DNA from: Klebsormidium nitens
Taxonomy: Eukaryota > Plantae > Klebsormidiophyceae
Direction: 5' to 3'
Assembly: GCA_000708835.1 (NCBI GenBank)
Contig: DF237151.1
Location: 62,001-126,000, forward strand
DNA length: 64,000 nt
Positions 11,428 to 22,600 of this stretch are shown here, piece after piece. The notes below the pieces were generated by a model. That model saw only the letters and a list, made by a program, of their open reading frames with translations, searched no databases and was not told where the DNA came from. Every line of letters begins with the position of its first letter. Position 1 is the stretch's first letter. The translations under genes were made by a program, and so were the position numbers.

Positions 11428-12714
11428 TCATTCCGCACACACTGCATACGCTATGTTGTGGCACTCGCCGGCCGGCACCCCGGAGGGACATGACGGATTT
11501 ATGCTGCAATTGCATTGCCAGCTGTAGATATCATCGTGCATTTTTACCGGGCCAGCAAAAACGATGTTACTGCTGCCGGGGCAGGAGCAGCTCCCCCCGG
11601 TCAGGGTCTCCCGAGTGCCGCACAGCGCGATGTAGATCAGTGTGCCGGGATACGGGCTGGTCGCTTCCATAATGGTGCTCCTGATGCGAGTGGACAGACG
11701 TGACTCAGGTGCTGCACGGGAGAAGGGGAAGGCAAGTGAGATCGAAGAAGAATGAGTCAAGTAGGTAAAAGGGGAGATCGCGCCGCTTCAGATTCAAACG
11801 GAAAAAGGAATCAAGAAAAAGGTAAGGGAGAAGGCGGGGAGAAGGGACAAAAAGTAAGAAAGACGAATTGAAGCAGGTGAAAGGGGAGAATCGCGCCGGT
11901 TCAAATTCGGACGAAAAAAGAAGAAAGAGAAAAAGAAGGAAGAGAAGAGAAACGGGGAAAACGGAAAATGGAAAACGGAAAACGGAAGTGATTGTTGTCC
12001 GGAGCAAGTGGTGGTGCTCCAGTCCGCGCTTTGTCTCGTTCAAGACCCAATCAAGAAGCGATCTTGAGCTAGGAATAGGCAGTAAAAGTACTTAGGGGAC
12101 TCGCGGTGTGCCTTTCTGGACACATCGGATTCTTAGTCACACTTCATTTCCTGGCAGTCATCGGACAATCAAGTGAATCAACCTGAAGTCGTGGAGCAGA
12201 GCCTGGGAGTCGGCCACAATTCATTGATCCTTTTCGACTTTGTGAGAAGAGACCTACTTTGTCCTGGTTTCAAATTTGCTTGAGTCCGGCGACGTCCCCT
12301 GGTTCTTCGGCGAAACGGTCCTTGACAACGCCCTCCAATGAAAGCAAATATGCGAGCTTTCTAGCAAGGGGACCCAGATCGAGAAGCGTGAGATTGGAGG
12401 GGCCCTTCTTGCGGATAAGATTGGAGTGCTGATCGATCCAAATTGCTCGAGGGGAGTAACGCACGCCCTCTCAGGGACAATCAAGTAGCACAGGCCAGAT
12501 CTCAAAGCGAGAAGCTTAAGTCCGTTCAGGACTTACCGCTAGTAGGGCTGGGAGCCACAGTGCTGGCTGGCGCGTTAATGGTTGTTCCAGGGGATAAGGT
12601 AGCCAAAGTGCCGGCCACTTTGCTGACCTGGCTGCCAGGCTCGGTGCGGCACTCCGAGGCGTCGGGGAAAGCAGCCAGCAAGACGATCCAGGACAGCAAG
12701 GCAAATTCGTTCAT
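11428..12714 (-). CDS. Small secreted Cys-rich protein, paralogue B (about 153 aa, 2 exons)
   Basis: Exons 12714-12537 and 11711-11428, phase-1 gtaagt...gtgcag intron. Reads MNEFALLSWIVLLAAFPDASECRTEPG...TSAPESRL...CGTRETLTGGSCSC...WQCNC...AYAVCAE*. Confidence 0.87.
11760..11990. repeat. Purine-rich low-complexity intron tract with an internal duplication of about 112 bp
   Basis: ggggagatcgcgccgcttcagattc (11771) versus ggggagaatcgcgccggttcaaattc (11883); short ggaaaac-type repeats at about 11955-11985. Confidence 0.75.
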
Positions 12715-12999
12715 AGCTGCAGCGTAGGACTCACAAGAGTTACACGCAGCAAAAGAACCGAGTGAAGGCTCAGTCAGCTGATTGTGCAATTATACGGCTG
12801 AGGTTATCAGCCTAGCTAGTAGTGACTCTGCATCCTTACGACAAGTAAGGGGCAGCCGATGGGTCTTGACTTTATCTGCCTTATTCTTCTGAGTTGGTCC
12901 GACTAGCTGACAGTTGAAGACTCCATCAACGGAGCTCCACAAACGATGAGAAGCTAGTATTTCCTCGGGCGCACATGCTCAGAAAAGCACTACCGTGAG

Positions 13000-14140
13000 A
13001 GTCAGACGCGTTCAACCTCAGCTCAGTGCACCTTATCAGACCGCTAACACGTCAGTGCAAGGCTTGCTGAAACAGGCGTTCCAAACTGGTGCTGCCCCAG
13101 TAGGTTTAACCGCGCGGTTGACTTCAAGTAGGAGCTTGACAAACCAGTGCTAAAAGATCCTAGCTCATGTTCAGGCAGACAAGATGATGTTCTTGCAAAG
13201 AAATCCTTAGTACTGGTTGAGATTGTCGAGAGAGGAATAAGAGAGACCGCAGACCCCTTGGTGAAATACTTGTAGGTAGCAATTGTGTCGATTGAAGGCA
13301 ATCAGATCATATTTAAGGAAAGCTTTGTAGACCTGTTTGATAGATCATAAAGCCTAATCACCCTGGCCGTTTCTTTCCCCCAACTCTCCTCCTCGTGCCA
13401 AAACCGCTGAGCTGCCGGGATCCAGAATTCCGCTACCAAACTTTTCTAAAAGCAGGTTTAGCAAACGGCACCTGCCACATCCTAACAAGCCTTTCTCCTC
13501 AAGGCGCCCAGTATTCGACCAGAAACACAAATGGAGTGCTGCTTCCACTGGACCTTCGAATTCGGGCCTTTTTCACCCACCTGGAAAAGGGCAACGTTTG
13601 CAGGACGCCATGTCTCTTGAAGTGGGTCCCACCACACGGGAAGTGTAGGCAACTCAGAGTCAAATCTTTTCGCGACAAGTCGGACCTGCTACAATGACGA
13701 CTAGCACAAAATGCTTGACACAGTGGATGGCCGATCACGGAAAACAGAACGTTTCTTTTGGACCAGGAAAAGCTACCGAGGATGACGAGGACAATCAGAA
13801 ACTCGTGGAGTTCTATAACGGGTGGCGCTTGTAGCTTCTCCTTCAGAATGAAGTCTCAATTACTACGTACGTCCTCAAGCGCGCTCCGCTTCTGGCTCGA
13901 TGCGCCTTCAGCACGCTGTGAATGGCGAGCTCAAGCAAATTGCTCAAGAGGTTGCGAGTTGGCGAGTTACTCCAAGCTTGTGCAATATGTGGCTGCGACT
14001 TGCGTGACACCGCTTCTAGTTTCACGCTGTCAGGTCTATCCCTAAGCTGAACTTGTAGAGGCGCTGCCACATGTAGGTAGTGGGCGCTACTGAAAAGTGA
14101 ATGCTTGAGGCGCAGCAATCGAGGCGCCGCAGTGCAAGTC
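13000..14140 (-). pseudogene. Decayed LRR-like gene relic upstream of paralogue B
   Basis: Homologous to 8800-9900 and 15060-16250. Fragments such as EKLQAPPVIELHEFLIVL and PANVALFQVGEK are interrupted by stops. Confidence 0.5.
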
Positions 14141-14579
14141 AGATCAGTCTTTTAAACCGGCAGTGTCTGTACAAGTATATAAGCAGCTCTTTAGTACTGC
14201 CGCCCCGAATCAAATGGCTGCTGTGGTATACTTATTCTAAAAGCGGCATAGCTGGCAGACACTGTCAGCTTTAACCTCACAGCTGTGATTGTTTGACCGT
14301 CTTCATCAAGGGGCATCAAAGATGAAAGGGAGATTGGCCGTTTCAATCCTGCTGATTTGGAGTTGACCTTTCAGCTCAGACGCCGGTCTCAGTACCGAGT
14401 CCTTTAGTACCTATATACGGACGTAGTTTAATACGCAGTGGGGCTTTTTGCAGCTGTTGACGCTGACGTAGCTGCCAACTCAAAAGCGTTGACTCTACGT
14501 ACACTTTCTATTCCGTCAGCAATAAAGGTACGACATCGGTACGTGCTGTAACTTATTATATGGCGTGTTGTTTTTGCGT

Positions 14580-14782
14580 ACCCAGCCGGCTGGAGCACGG
14601 TCCGACCGGTGCCTCGGAAGGCGCCTATTAGCCGGCTGTGGTTCGGCCGGAAAACCGGCAACATCCACCGCCGAACCGGCTCGGATTAATTGGTGGTCAA
14701 AAGCATCAGACCGGTAGATATTTGCAGTCGGCCGGCTGAAAATTAAACGAAGGGTGGCCGGTACAATGCCGGTACCGGCCAA
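14580..14782. other. CCGG-dense block in the spacer between the inverted B and C arms
   Basis: 11 CCGG (nearly all RCCGGY) in about 200 bp, including cagccggctg, tagccggctg, cggccggctg and gccggtac x2. Confidence 0.55.
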
Positions 14783-15059
14783 AAGTTGGTGACAATTTCG
14801 TACTCCGACTCTCGAATTTATGTGTCAAAATTCAAACCCTGCGCTGCATTCCACCGTAGGTGACGTCAGCACCCATTGAATTCAACGGCAGACCAGGCCT
14901 GGACACCAGTCACACCACTGAGATGTACTGCTGGCAGCTCCGCATCAGTAAATAATGCACTTTCAAGAGCTGACGCTAAACAAGCATATGAATCGAAACT
15001 TTAATTGGACTGACGTTGACTTTCCAACTTTCTCGGTCGGACTGCTGCACTAGTACTAG

Positions 15060-16250
15060 TAGTGCGGCACGTTCGACAAAGCTCATTTGAGATAGTTTTG
15101 GCTTTCACTCAGCGCGCAGTTAGCAGTTGGCATTTTTTATCTGTGGCAGCCCCTTGTTACACTAATATCATCCGGGCAGACCGTCGGAAAGGATTCAGAA
15201 AAGCGGTGCAGCCAACCTTGGTTGCGAGGCACGACATACCGGTATTTCTTGAGCTGGCCACGTTTCAAAAGCATCATCGTTAAACACTCGAGAACATCGG
15301 TTATAGAGTCTAGTATTATGAGTGAGCTGATCTACTGCAACCAAGCAGCTAGTAGAAGGCACGACATCTTTCTTGAGCTGGCCACGTTCAGCGCAAGACC
15401 ATTGCAGAAAGCATCATCAATCCAGAAACTGATCGAGGACAAAGTTGGTAGAGTCTAATATAAGAGTCATGAGCTGATCTAGAGGAGAGGTACAGGTGCC
15501 ACTCTGCGTCCCCAGCTATCAGGCCAGGACTTGCTTGCGAAATCGTACTTTGCCAGCCTTTCCCACCAAAAGTTTCTAGTAGTCTTCCGCATCCATTCAA
15601 CGTTTCATGATCAGCGCGCTGTCTGTGCGAATAGTCCCAATAGCAAGTGCGGCATCTCTCCAATCCTTTGGAAGAGCTTCTGCGCTGAGTCGCCAAGTAC
15701 ACAGCTTTTTGCGCGGGATCTACTTCAAGAGCCTGCATGGCGCCATCCGGCTGCAAACGTTGCCCTTTTTCAGGTGGGCGAAAAAGACAAGTGGAAAAGC
15801 CTCCGTACTTTTTCTGGGCCATCAAGAAATGGGCACCTTGCTGTAACGTTGATAAAACGCCTGTTGAGAAGAAAGTCGCTCATTGCAGAAAAATCATAAA
15901 ACGGCAATTTATCTTTGTTGAGGACATTCACACCCCCAGCAGCATAATGGCGGTTGGAAGGAGATGTAAGAAAGGAGAAGTGGCTGTATTCATTAGGCCG
16001 TCGACTCTGTAAAAGGTTGAAAAGAAACCATGTGGTTCTGTCTCAGCGACTACAATTGAGACAATTGCTACCGTTGTCTGATTTCCCCAAGTCAGTACTA
16101 AAACGCTGCCATTTGTGCTTCAACAAGTAAGATTCGCCCTGAGAGGACATCGACATGCCTGTCTGAACAGGAGATCTGGTCTAGCATCCATTTCTCAAGC
16201 TCCTCAAGAGAGTCAAGCGAGGTTGATACCTGTCAGGCGGCGCACTTTTG
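15060..16250 (+). pseudogene. Decayed LRR-like gene relic upstream of paralogue C (inverted relative to A and B)
   Basis: Plus strand aligns with the minus strand of 13000-14140 (tgtggcagc.cct, aagcggtg, cttgagct.gcca, ctgcaaacgttgccctttt). Contains stops and frameshifts. Confidence 0.5.
15227..15482. repeat. Diverged tandem duplication of about 130 bp
   Basis: aggcacgacat...tttcttgagctggccacgtt...aagcatcatc...agagtcta...gagctgatcta occurs at about 15227-15333 and about 15357-15481. Confidence 0.8.
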
Positions 16251-16600
16251 AAGCGCGGCTGTTTAACATGTGCGTATAATTGCCTGATTTCAACAGGTGC
16301 TCAGGTCGAGACCGGGCGTGTCTGACTCTCAAGTGCTTTGTCCAGAAAGTGTCTGGCTTCTCCTCTATATATGTGTCGAACCGTCGTTGGTGAAAGAGGT
16401 TGACGGCTGCCGACTCAGAGTCAGAACGTTTTGCAGACCTTTCGGTTGCACCATATACGTAATGCTTATCCTGTAGCAGACCTGCTAGCCAATATTGGCG
16501 AAACTTCAGGTATACCCAGTACTCAAATAATCAGCTGAAAGGGCCTTTATTCGATTCTCTCGCCGCTTGTAACGTTGAAAACCAGTCTTGCGCTGCAGGT

Positions 16601-17739
16601 ATGAACAGATTTGTGATGTTGTCATGGGTCGTATTGCTGGCTGCTTTCCCCAACGCCGCGGAGTGCCGCACCGAGCCTGGCGGCCACGTCAGCAAAGTGG
16701 CCGGCACCTTGGCTACCTTACCCCCCGGAACAAGCATTAATGTCACCCCGGCCAACACTGCTGCTCCTACCGCTACTAGCGGTAAGTCCTGAAGGATCCG
16801 CTTTGTTCTTCGATCACAACCCCTTGCCGGCAGTTGATGATGCTCTTCGAATGCCCTAGCTGCGCCGCTTTAGGCATGAGATCACGTTTTAGGAGCATCC
16901 CGGAGCGCGGATTCCTGATTCACAAAAAAGGCCTCTTGGAGTCCCCTTGCTACATCGCTTCTAGAAGCCCGGATCTTGTCGAAGGAGACTCGGAAGCATG
17001 GTCGTAACGAACCGTGTCCAAAGGGAAAAAACGTCGCCGCATTCCATCGCCGAGAAGAGCTTGAAACAAAGACAAAGTTTCCAATCTAAAAGATGGTTGA
17101 AGTTTGTGGGGCCCTCTCTGCTAACGGACAGCTGATACGGGGGTGAAACATCAGTGACTCGACTTGTCTGAAGAGGCAGACCTCTTGCATGAGTACGTTG
17201 ACAAGAAATCCCCAGCGCAAGATTGCTTTGGACATGCCAGTGAACGCAACGAAGCGACTGGAGCCACTTGCTCAGGACGTACATCACCTCCATCATGTTA
17301 AAATTTAGATCCCCTTTTTCCCGTTAGTTTTCCAGTTTTCTATGTTTCTTCTTCCTTCTTCCCGAATCTGAACCGGCGCGATGAAGCTCTCGCGCCTTCT
17401 ATTCACGTAAATGAGTATTCTTACTCACTCGCAAGTTGCCCCTTCTCCCGTACAGCACCCGAGTCGCGCCTTTCTATCGTAAGCACCAACGTCATGCACG
17501 CGGCTAGCCCGTATCCCGGTACGAGGGTCTACATCGCTGCGTGCGGGACTGGGGAGACCCTGACCGGGGGGAGCTGCTCTTGCCCCGGCAGCAGTAACAT
17601 CGCTTTCGCCGGCCCGGGAGTGCTGACCGGGGATCGAAATAGCTGGCAGTGCATCTGCAGTACAACTCCGGCTTGTCCCGCCGGGGTGCCCGCCGGCGAG
17701 TGCGTCAACAATGCATACGCAGTGTGCGCGCACAACTGA
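16601..17739 (+). CDS. Small secreted Cys-rich protein, paralogue C (154 aa, 2 exons)
   Basis: Exons 16601-16781 and 17456-17739, phase-1 gtaagt...tacag intron. Reads MNRFVMLSWVVLLAAFPNAAECRTEPGG...TSAPESRL...CGTGETLTGGSCSC...WQCIC...AYAVCAHN*. Confidence 0.88.
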
Positions 17740-18449
17740 AAGTAGCAGCTGCCGAGGGATCCAATGGAAGTGTATGCTTTTGTGGGGTTTTTGATTGGGT
17801 TTGAGATGGGCCGTGTAGTCAGCCCAGTGGCAGCGGCCAAGGTATCCAACGTAGCTCTAGGTTGTCTTACTGGGTTCGAGATGAGCCCCCCGGATAAGCC
17901 GTGTAGTCAGCTCTTTGACATCTTATTACATCCGACAGACGCAAGAGACATGACCCGTTCCATATTGTCTTAGCTTCGTCACGGTGTTTCTTGTTCGTCA
18001 ATTGTTCTTACGCTTGATTACCATGTGTGCCAATTCATGCACGCATAGAAGATCCTGCTTGCATAAAGAGCAACTCGCTCGGCCCCCAAGCAACCAAGGC
18101 AATCGCTTTGAAACCCGTTTGGTGGGCGAACCATTGTAACAATGACCTATGAATTATACGTGAAAGCCGCTATGGAGGACTCCAGCTTGATCAACAGCTA
18201 ACCGTGTTATATATACTACTGATAGACGACTCCAATGCGGTAGACCCGACTCGAATAGTGCTTGGACACTACTGGCAAGCAGCTCGCAAGCACCTTATAA
18301 AGCGAACGTATCTGTCGAGAGTGACGGTTAGACGGTCAATCTTATGTTTTCGCTCGGGTGCACAGCTGATGATCAACCGGGGGCGTCTGATGTGCTGGCC
18401 TGGCAAGAGAGCTTGAATACGTCAACCTTGTTCTGACGCCACAATACTC

Positions 18450-19400
18450 GCCTTGCGGTGTTCGAAAGCAGATTATGCTAGGTTATGCTATGTTAAAAGG
18501 AATTTTCCAGGTCACGTCGTTTCACAGGTCGTGCCCACCTCAACGTACCATCTCTCATGCAGCAACTCCGATCATGCTCCTGGTTTACCGTCTTCGGTCC
18601 AACACCGTTCGTCCTGCCAATTGTCGAAGTCCAACAGTAAATGCACGACGGGCACGACGGCGTTGCATCGCGATCTGCACCGCTCAGGGGACGTCAGCGA
18701 CGTCAGCACTCACGTTTTGGTCTGCGATGTCGAACTCGACATCATGCAGGCACAGACGGCGCGTGCGCGCCACGTACCTTGTGCAGATTCAGATTACCGG
18801 GAGGGGCATTGCCGACCCTTAGACACATATCTCATCATTCATGAGCTGAGCGATCAAAGTCGGGCCAACGACGAGCCGTTCATTAGGAAATAGTGCACAA
18901 GGGCGTTTTCGACACTGCAGTGAACCACTTTATATGACCGCCTTTGAAACGAACCCAACTAAAAGCTCGAAAGTGGTGACCATCATCAATCCATCGAAAT
19001 TGTATTCTCGTGAGACAGTGCAAATTGATTATGACCGCCCAGATGAAACTATTGAGCTGGAAGAAGGACTCGAAGACAGAACGGCTGGGATTGACGGCCA
19101 AAGATTTGCCACCCCGCAAGGAGTACAATCAGTGCAGCAGCTTATTCAGCGCACGAACCAGCAGTTCGATGATGCTTGGATTGCCTCAAAAAACAAGCTC
19201 TCGAACGGCCACCAAGAAGAACTTGAAGCAGTACGATTGCTTTTCTCTTTGTATTCGCGAGTAGCTGAGTTGGAAAACGGAAGATACCAGCTCAACACGG
19301 AGAGCGCGCCGTTGAAAGTTAAACGAAGGATCAGCACTGGCAACGGGCTTTTCATTTTGTCCTCAGCACCTTGGAGCCTTTATCGTTGTGACAACTCGAA
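18450..19400 (-). pseudogene. LRR-like relic convergent on paralogue C
   Basis: Minus-strand fragments NLHCLTRIQFRW, LPVLILRLTF and VQIAMQR; the DNA matches 10030-10720. Confidence 0.4.
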
Positions 19401-19699
19401 TTCAAAGACTGCTCTAAACACACGTCACCCGTCAAAGGAACAGGAGCATAGAACGTCTATTGTCAGTGCGAATTTCATCAACCTGTAGTGCAAGCCGCTT
19501 CGAGTTTCGCAGATTTCCCTCTAGCACCGTGAGACAGGAGACAGGGCTTCATTGAAGACGCGAGCAAATGCAAAGAGAGCGAGAGCTTTGACACAGCTGA
19601 AAGGAGTCACGTTCTAACCTTCAAAGAAGAGACGTTCCGTTTACATGCATCAAATCTGACAAGCAGATGGGTGGGCTCCATTTTTATTGGAGCCCATCT

Positions 19700-22600
19700 T
19701 GAAGGCCTTGGCGTCAGCTTTTTCAAAAGCAGCACTTACCACTGGGAGACGCCCCATTCTTACGGTGCATCACCGCCTTTCTTAGACTGGTCCGCCTCAT
19801 AATGTCAGGCGGGAAAAAGACAGAAGAAAGATCTACACCTTCTCGCGGCTCATCTTTCGCGGAATTTCATAGCAGTCTACCACTGTGTGGTATCATCCTT
19901 GTTCCTATAATCCCGACTAGGTTGAAGCGTCCACCAATAGACGTAATTGAGACGAGAGCAAAAAGCCAGGCACACACGTTTTCTGAAGGATTTTGATCAT
20001 TGCACAAATATTTTCGGCCCGGGGGGGCAACTTCAAGCGGCAAAGAAAAACCAGGAAATCAAAGTGCGCCTCTACTTTGGACGACTTACGTCAGGGCTGA
20101 AACGTCACCCGCAACGTCGTCGGATGCTCCTTACTTATTTCAGCTCTTAGCATGCCTTACTCAACGAACTCAATGAGGCGGTTCAACGTCAGCCTTGGAA
20201 GCCATGATGGATACTGAGACGCACCCTTTGAAGGGCCTCGATTCTGCGCCGGCATCATTGCTGCGTATGCTTCGTCGATCGAGATTGCCAGAGACAGGCC
20301 CGAATAGAATTCTAAGGAGTCGGCTTATAGCCAGAATAGGAACGTGCGATTGGACGATCGACTCCAGTTTCCAGTTCCGAGCCGTGTGTGCCTCGTGTAG
20401 CGGATGCACAGGGGATACTATATAGTCAGCATCACGTCCTCAATTTTCGACTAGGGCAGCTAGCGCAGACTGGCGGCAAGAATTGTGACGCTCGTCCGAC
20501 TGCAAGCCCAAGCACGGTAGCATCAACAGGGAGCTGAAAGATCGCTGGGCTGGGCGGCTGATTTGAGCCCAGTCATAAGCAGGCATCATAGCTACTTCAC
20601 AAGGACACTTCGAAACTAAGAAACCCATCCCGAGAGTCGCAGCCTTACTACTAGCTTGGTAAAAGGCGGCTGGCAGGCCGTGCGCGCTCTCTTGACGCCC
20701 GAGATCGACCCCGGCAAAAGGCACTGGATAAGAATTAGGAGCTTATTTGAGATGCCAAAACCGAAAGAAGCGCCGCGCGGGAGACGATCGATCGACCCAC
20801 TCATACGCGTCATCAACAGGCGTCGAATCAGCTGAGAATCACTGTCCTATGTCGTTTGGGCTGTCGAACGTGCCCAGTATGATATTGTTGCCCGTTGGCA
20901 TATGGGCGGCTAGGTAAGAGGTCGCACGATGATTTTGTACCTCTTTTTCAGTTTGAATCGTATGCAATCGGGCTGAGTGCCTTAATTCCTGAGCACCACT
21001 GGTAGGAACCAGTGCTGAGTCTCGTCCAATCCAACCATCGTGCACGAGCATCCGAAGGGACTTATATGAGAGCCAGAATTTAGACTGCTCGCAACCAGAA
21101 AGCCCGGAAGATCGTGGGCATGAAAGTGACCCAGGGTTTACTGCTCATCACAGCCACGTACGTAAACCTCTTGGCTTCAAGCACGCGTTCAAACGTTCTG
21201 GCAAAATAGAGATCACTTAGCAAAACTTCAAGTGATTTCGCACTCGGGAGCCACAACCCCTTGAAAAATCAATCGACTGGAAGTTGAGAACGTCAGCTAG
21301 TGTACGATGACCATAGTTGGTCGGAAATCGAATAGTCTGCCACTGGAAGCCAGCTTTCTAAGCACGTGGGCGCCTCTGTTACACGAAGCCAGCGCCTGAC
21401 AGTCGCAATCAGAGGTTCTTCTCTTTTCTAGAGGCGACTTGAGCTTCTAGCTCGTATTGGCCCGCCAAGGGCGTCAAGAAATCCAATTGGGCAAGCAAGA
21501 CTTCCATTTGAGACTTATTCACCCGTTTTAGAATCTCTTCGCTCCTTTACACATGTGATCACTCTGGTTTCTTCTGGCCCGTTGATCGGAGGGGCAAGCA
21601 GAAACATCAGCGCACCGTTCCGTGAACTTCAGACCAGCTCATGTAGCAACAAAGTCAAACCACCGCGGAAGTGAGACGTTGATCACCGTCCCAACTGTTC
21701 TTTGTTCTTTATTGCTGTGCCTTGAAACGACTTGCTAGCCAGATTCAATTACATTGCATGCTCCGAAAAGCATTCAAGGGGCCTCTGGTGATTGAAGGGC
21801 CAGCTAGGCTTGAATGATGTCTCATGGACAAAAAGTGGCATTGAGATTTACTGCGTCCGAACAATCCCTTCGAATCAGTCTTCGTAAAGGCCGAAGACAT
21901 CAGCAAAAGCTTTGTAGCCAGTTGACGAGCGATTTTGGATTGTTGATGTACGTGACACCATATGCTTGCGCCCTCTTGGAGGCACCGCCATAAGACGCAC
22001 GCGATGCTTTCAAGGAGCGCGACCGGCCATCAAAGTTGATCTTCAAAACCTACACGTCACTTCTCCAAGTTGATCAATCCCCAGCCCAAGTCTGAGTCCA
22101 ACCCCCAGGTCCCTTTTCCTGAAAAGATATGACTTTTGTCAAAGAGCAGAACACTCAATTCCTGGCACTGCCATCAACAATACCAAGAATCTAACCGCCC
22201 GCCATCTCGGAGCATAGTTTTTTGAGGCCGGGAATGCTTGGAGCGTAATTTAAAGCCCCTGTCTCCCTCGCCCTCTTTTTTACTTGTAAGAAAGCCAAGA
22301 ATCTTCGGATTGATCGACGGTCAATGATCGACTGACTCCGACTTGGGCTTTGAAGCCACTCGCATTGCCGTACCTGCTTACCCCTTACGTAACAACGGAA
22401 TGTAAACCGCCAGATTGAGCAAGCTAGCATGTTAGCGGCGGTCCGAGTATAGCTCGCGGGGCGCCGCGGCCTTATGCTCGGGCACTTCAGATTCATATTC
22501 CGATTGAAAGGCAAAATCTTTTAGCGCGGCGTGCGGGCACTAGCTAGTGCCGGCAACGTGTGCGACGAGACAAGTTGTACCTAGTGAATAAATGCAGTGC

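Noticed and set aside
11705-12043. Hydrophobic 112-aa ORF
   Set aside because: It is the pyrimidine-rich low-complexity intron of paralogue B.
18934-19488. 184-aa plus-strand ORF
   Set aside because: No recognisable motif; overlaps minus-strand LRR-like fragments, so likely an antisense shadow.
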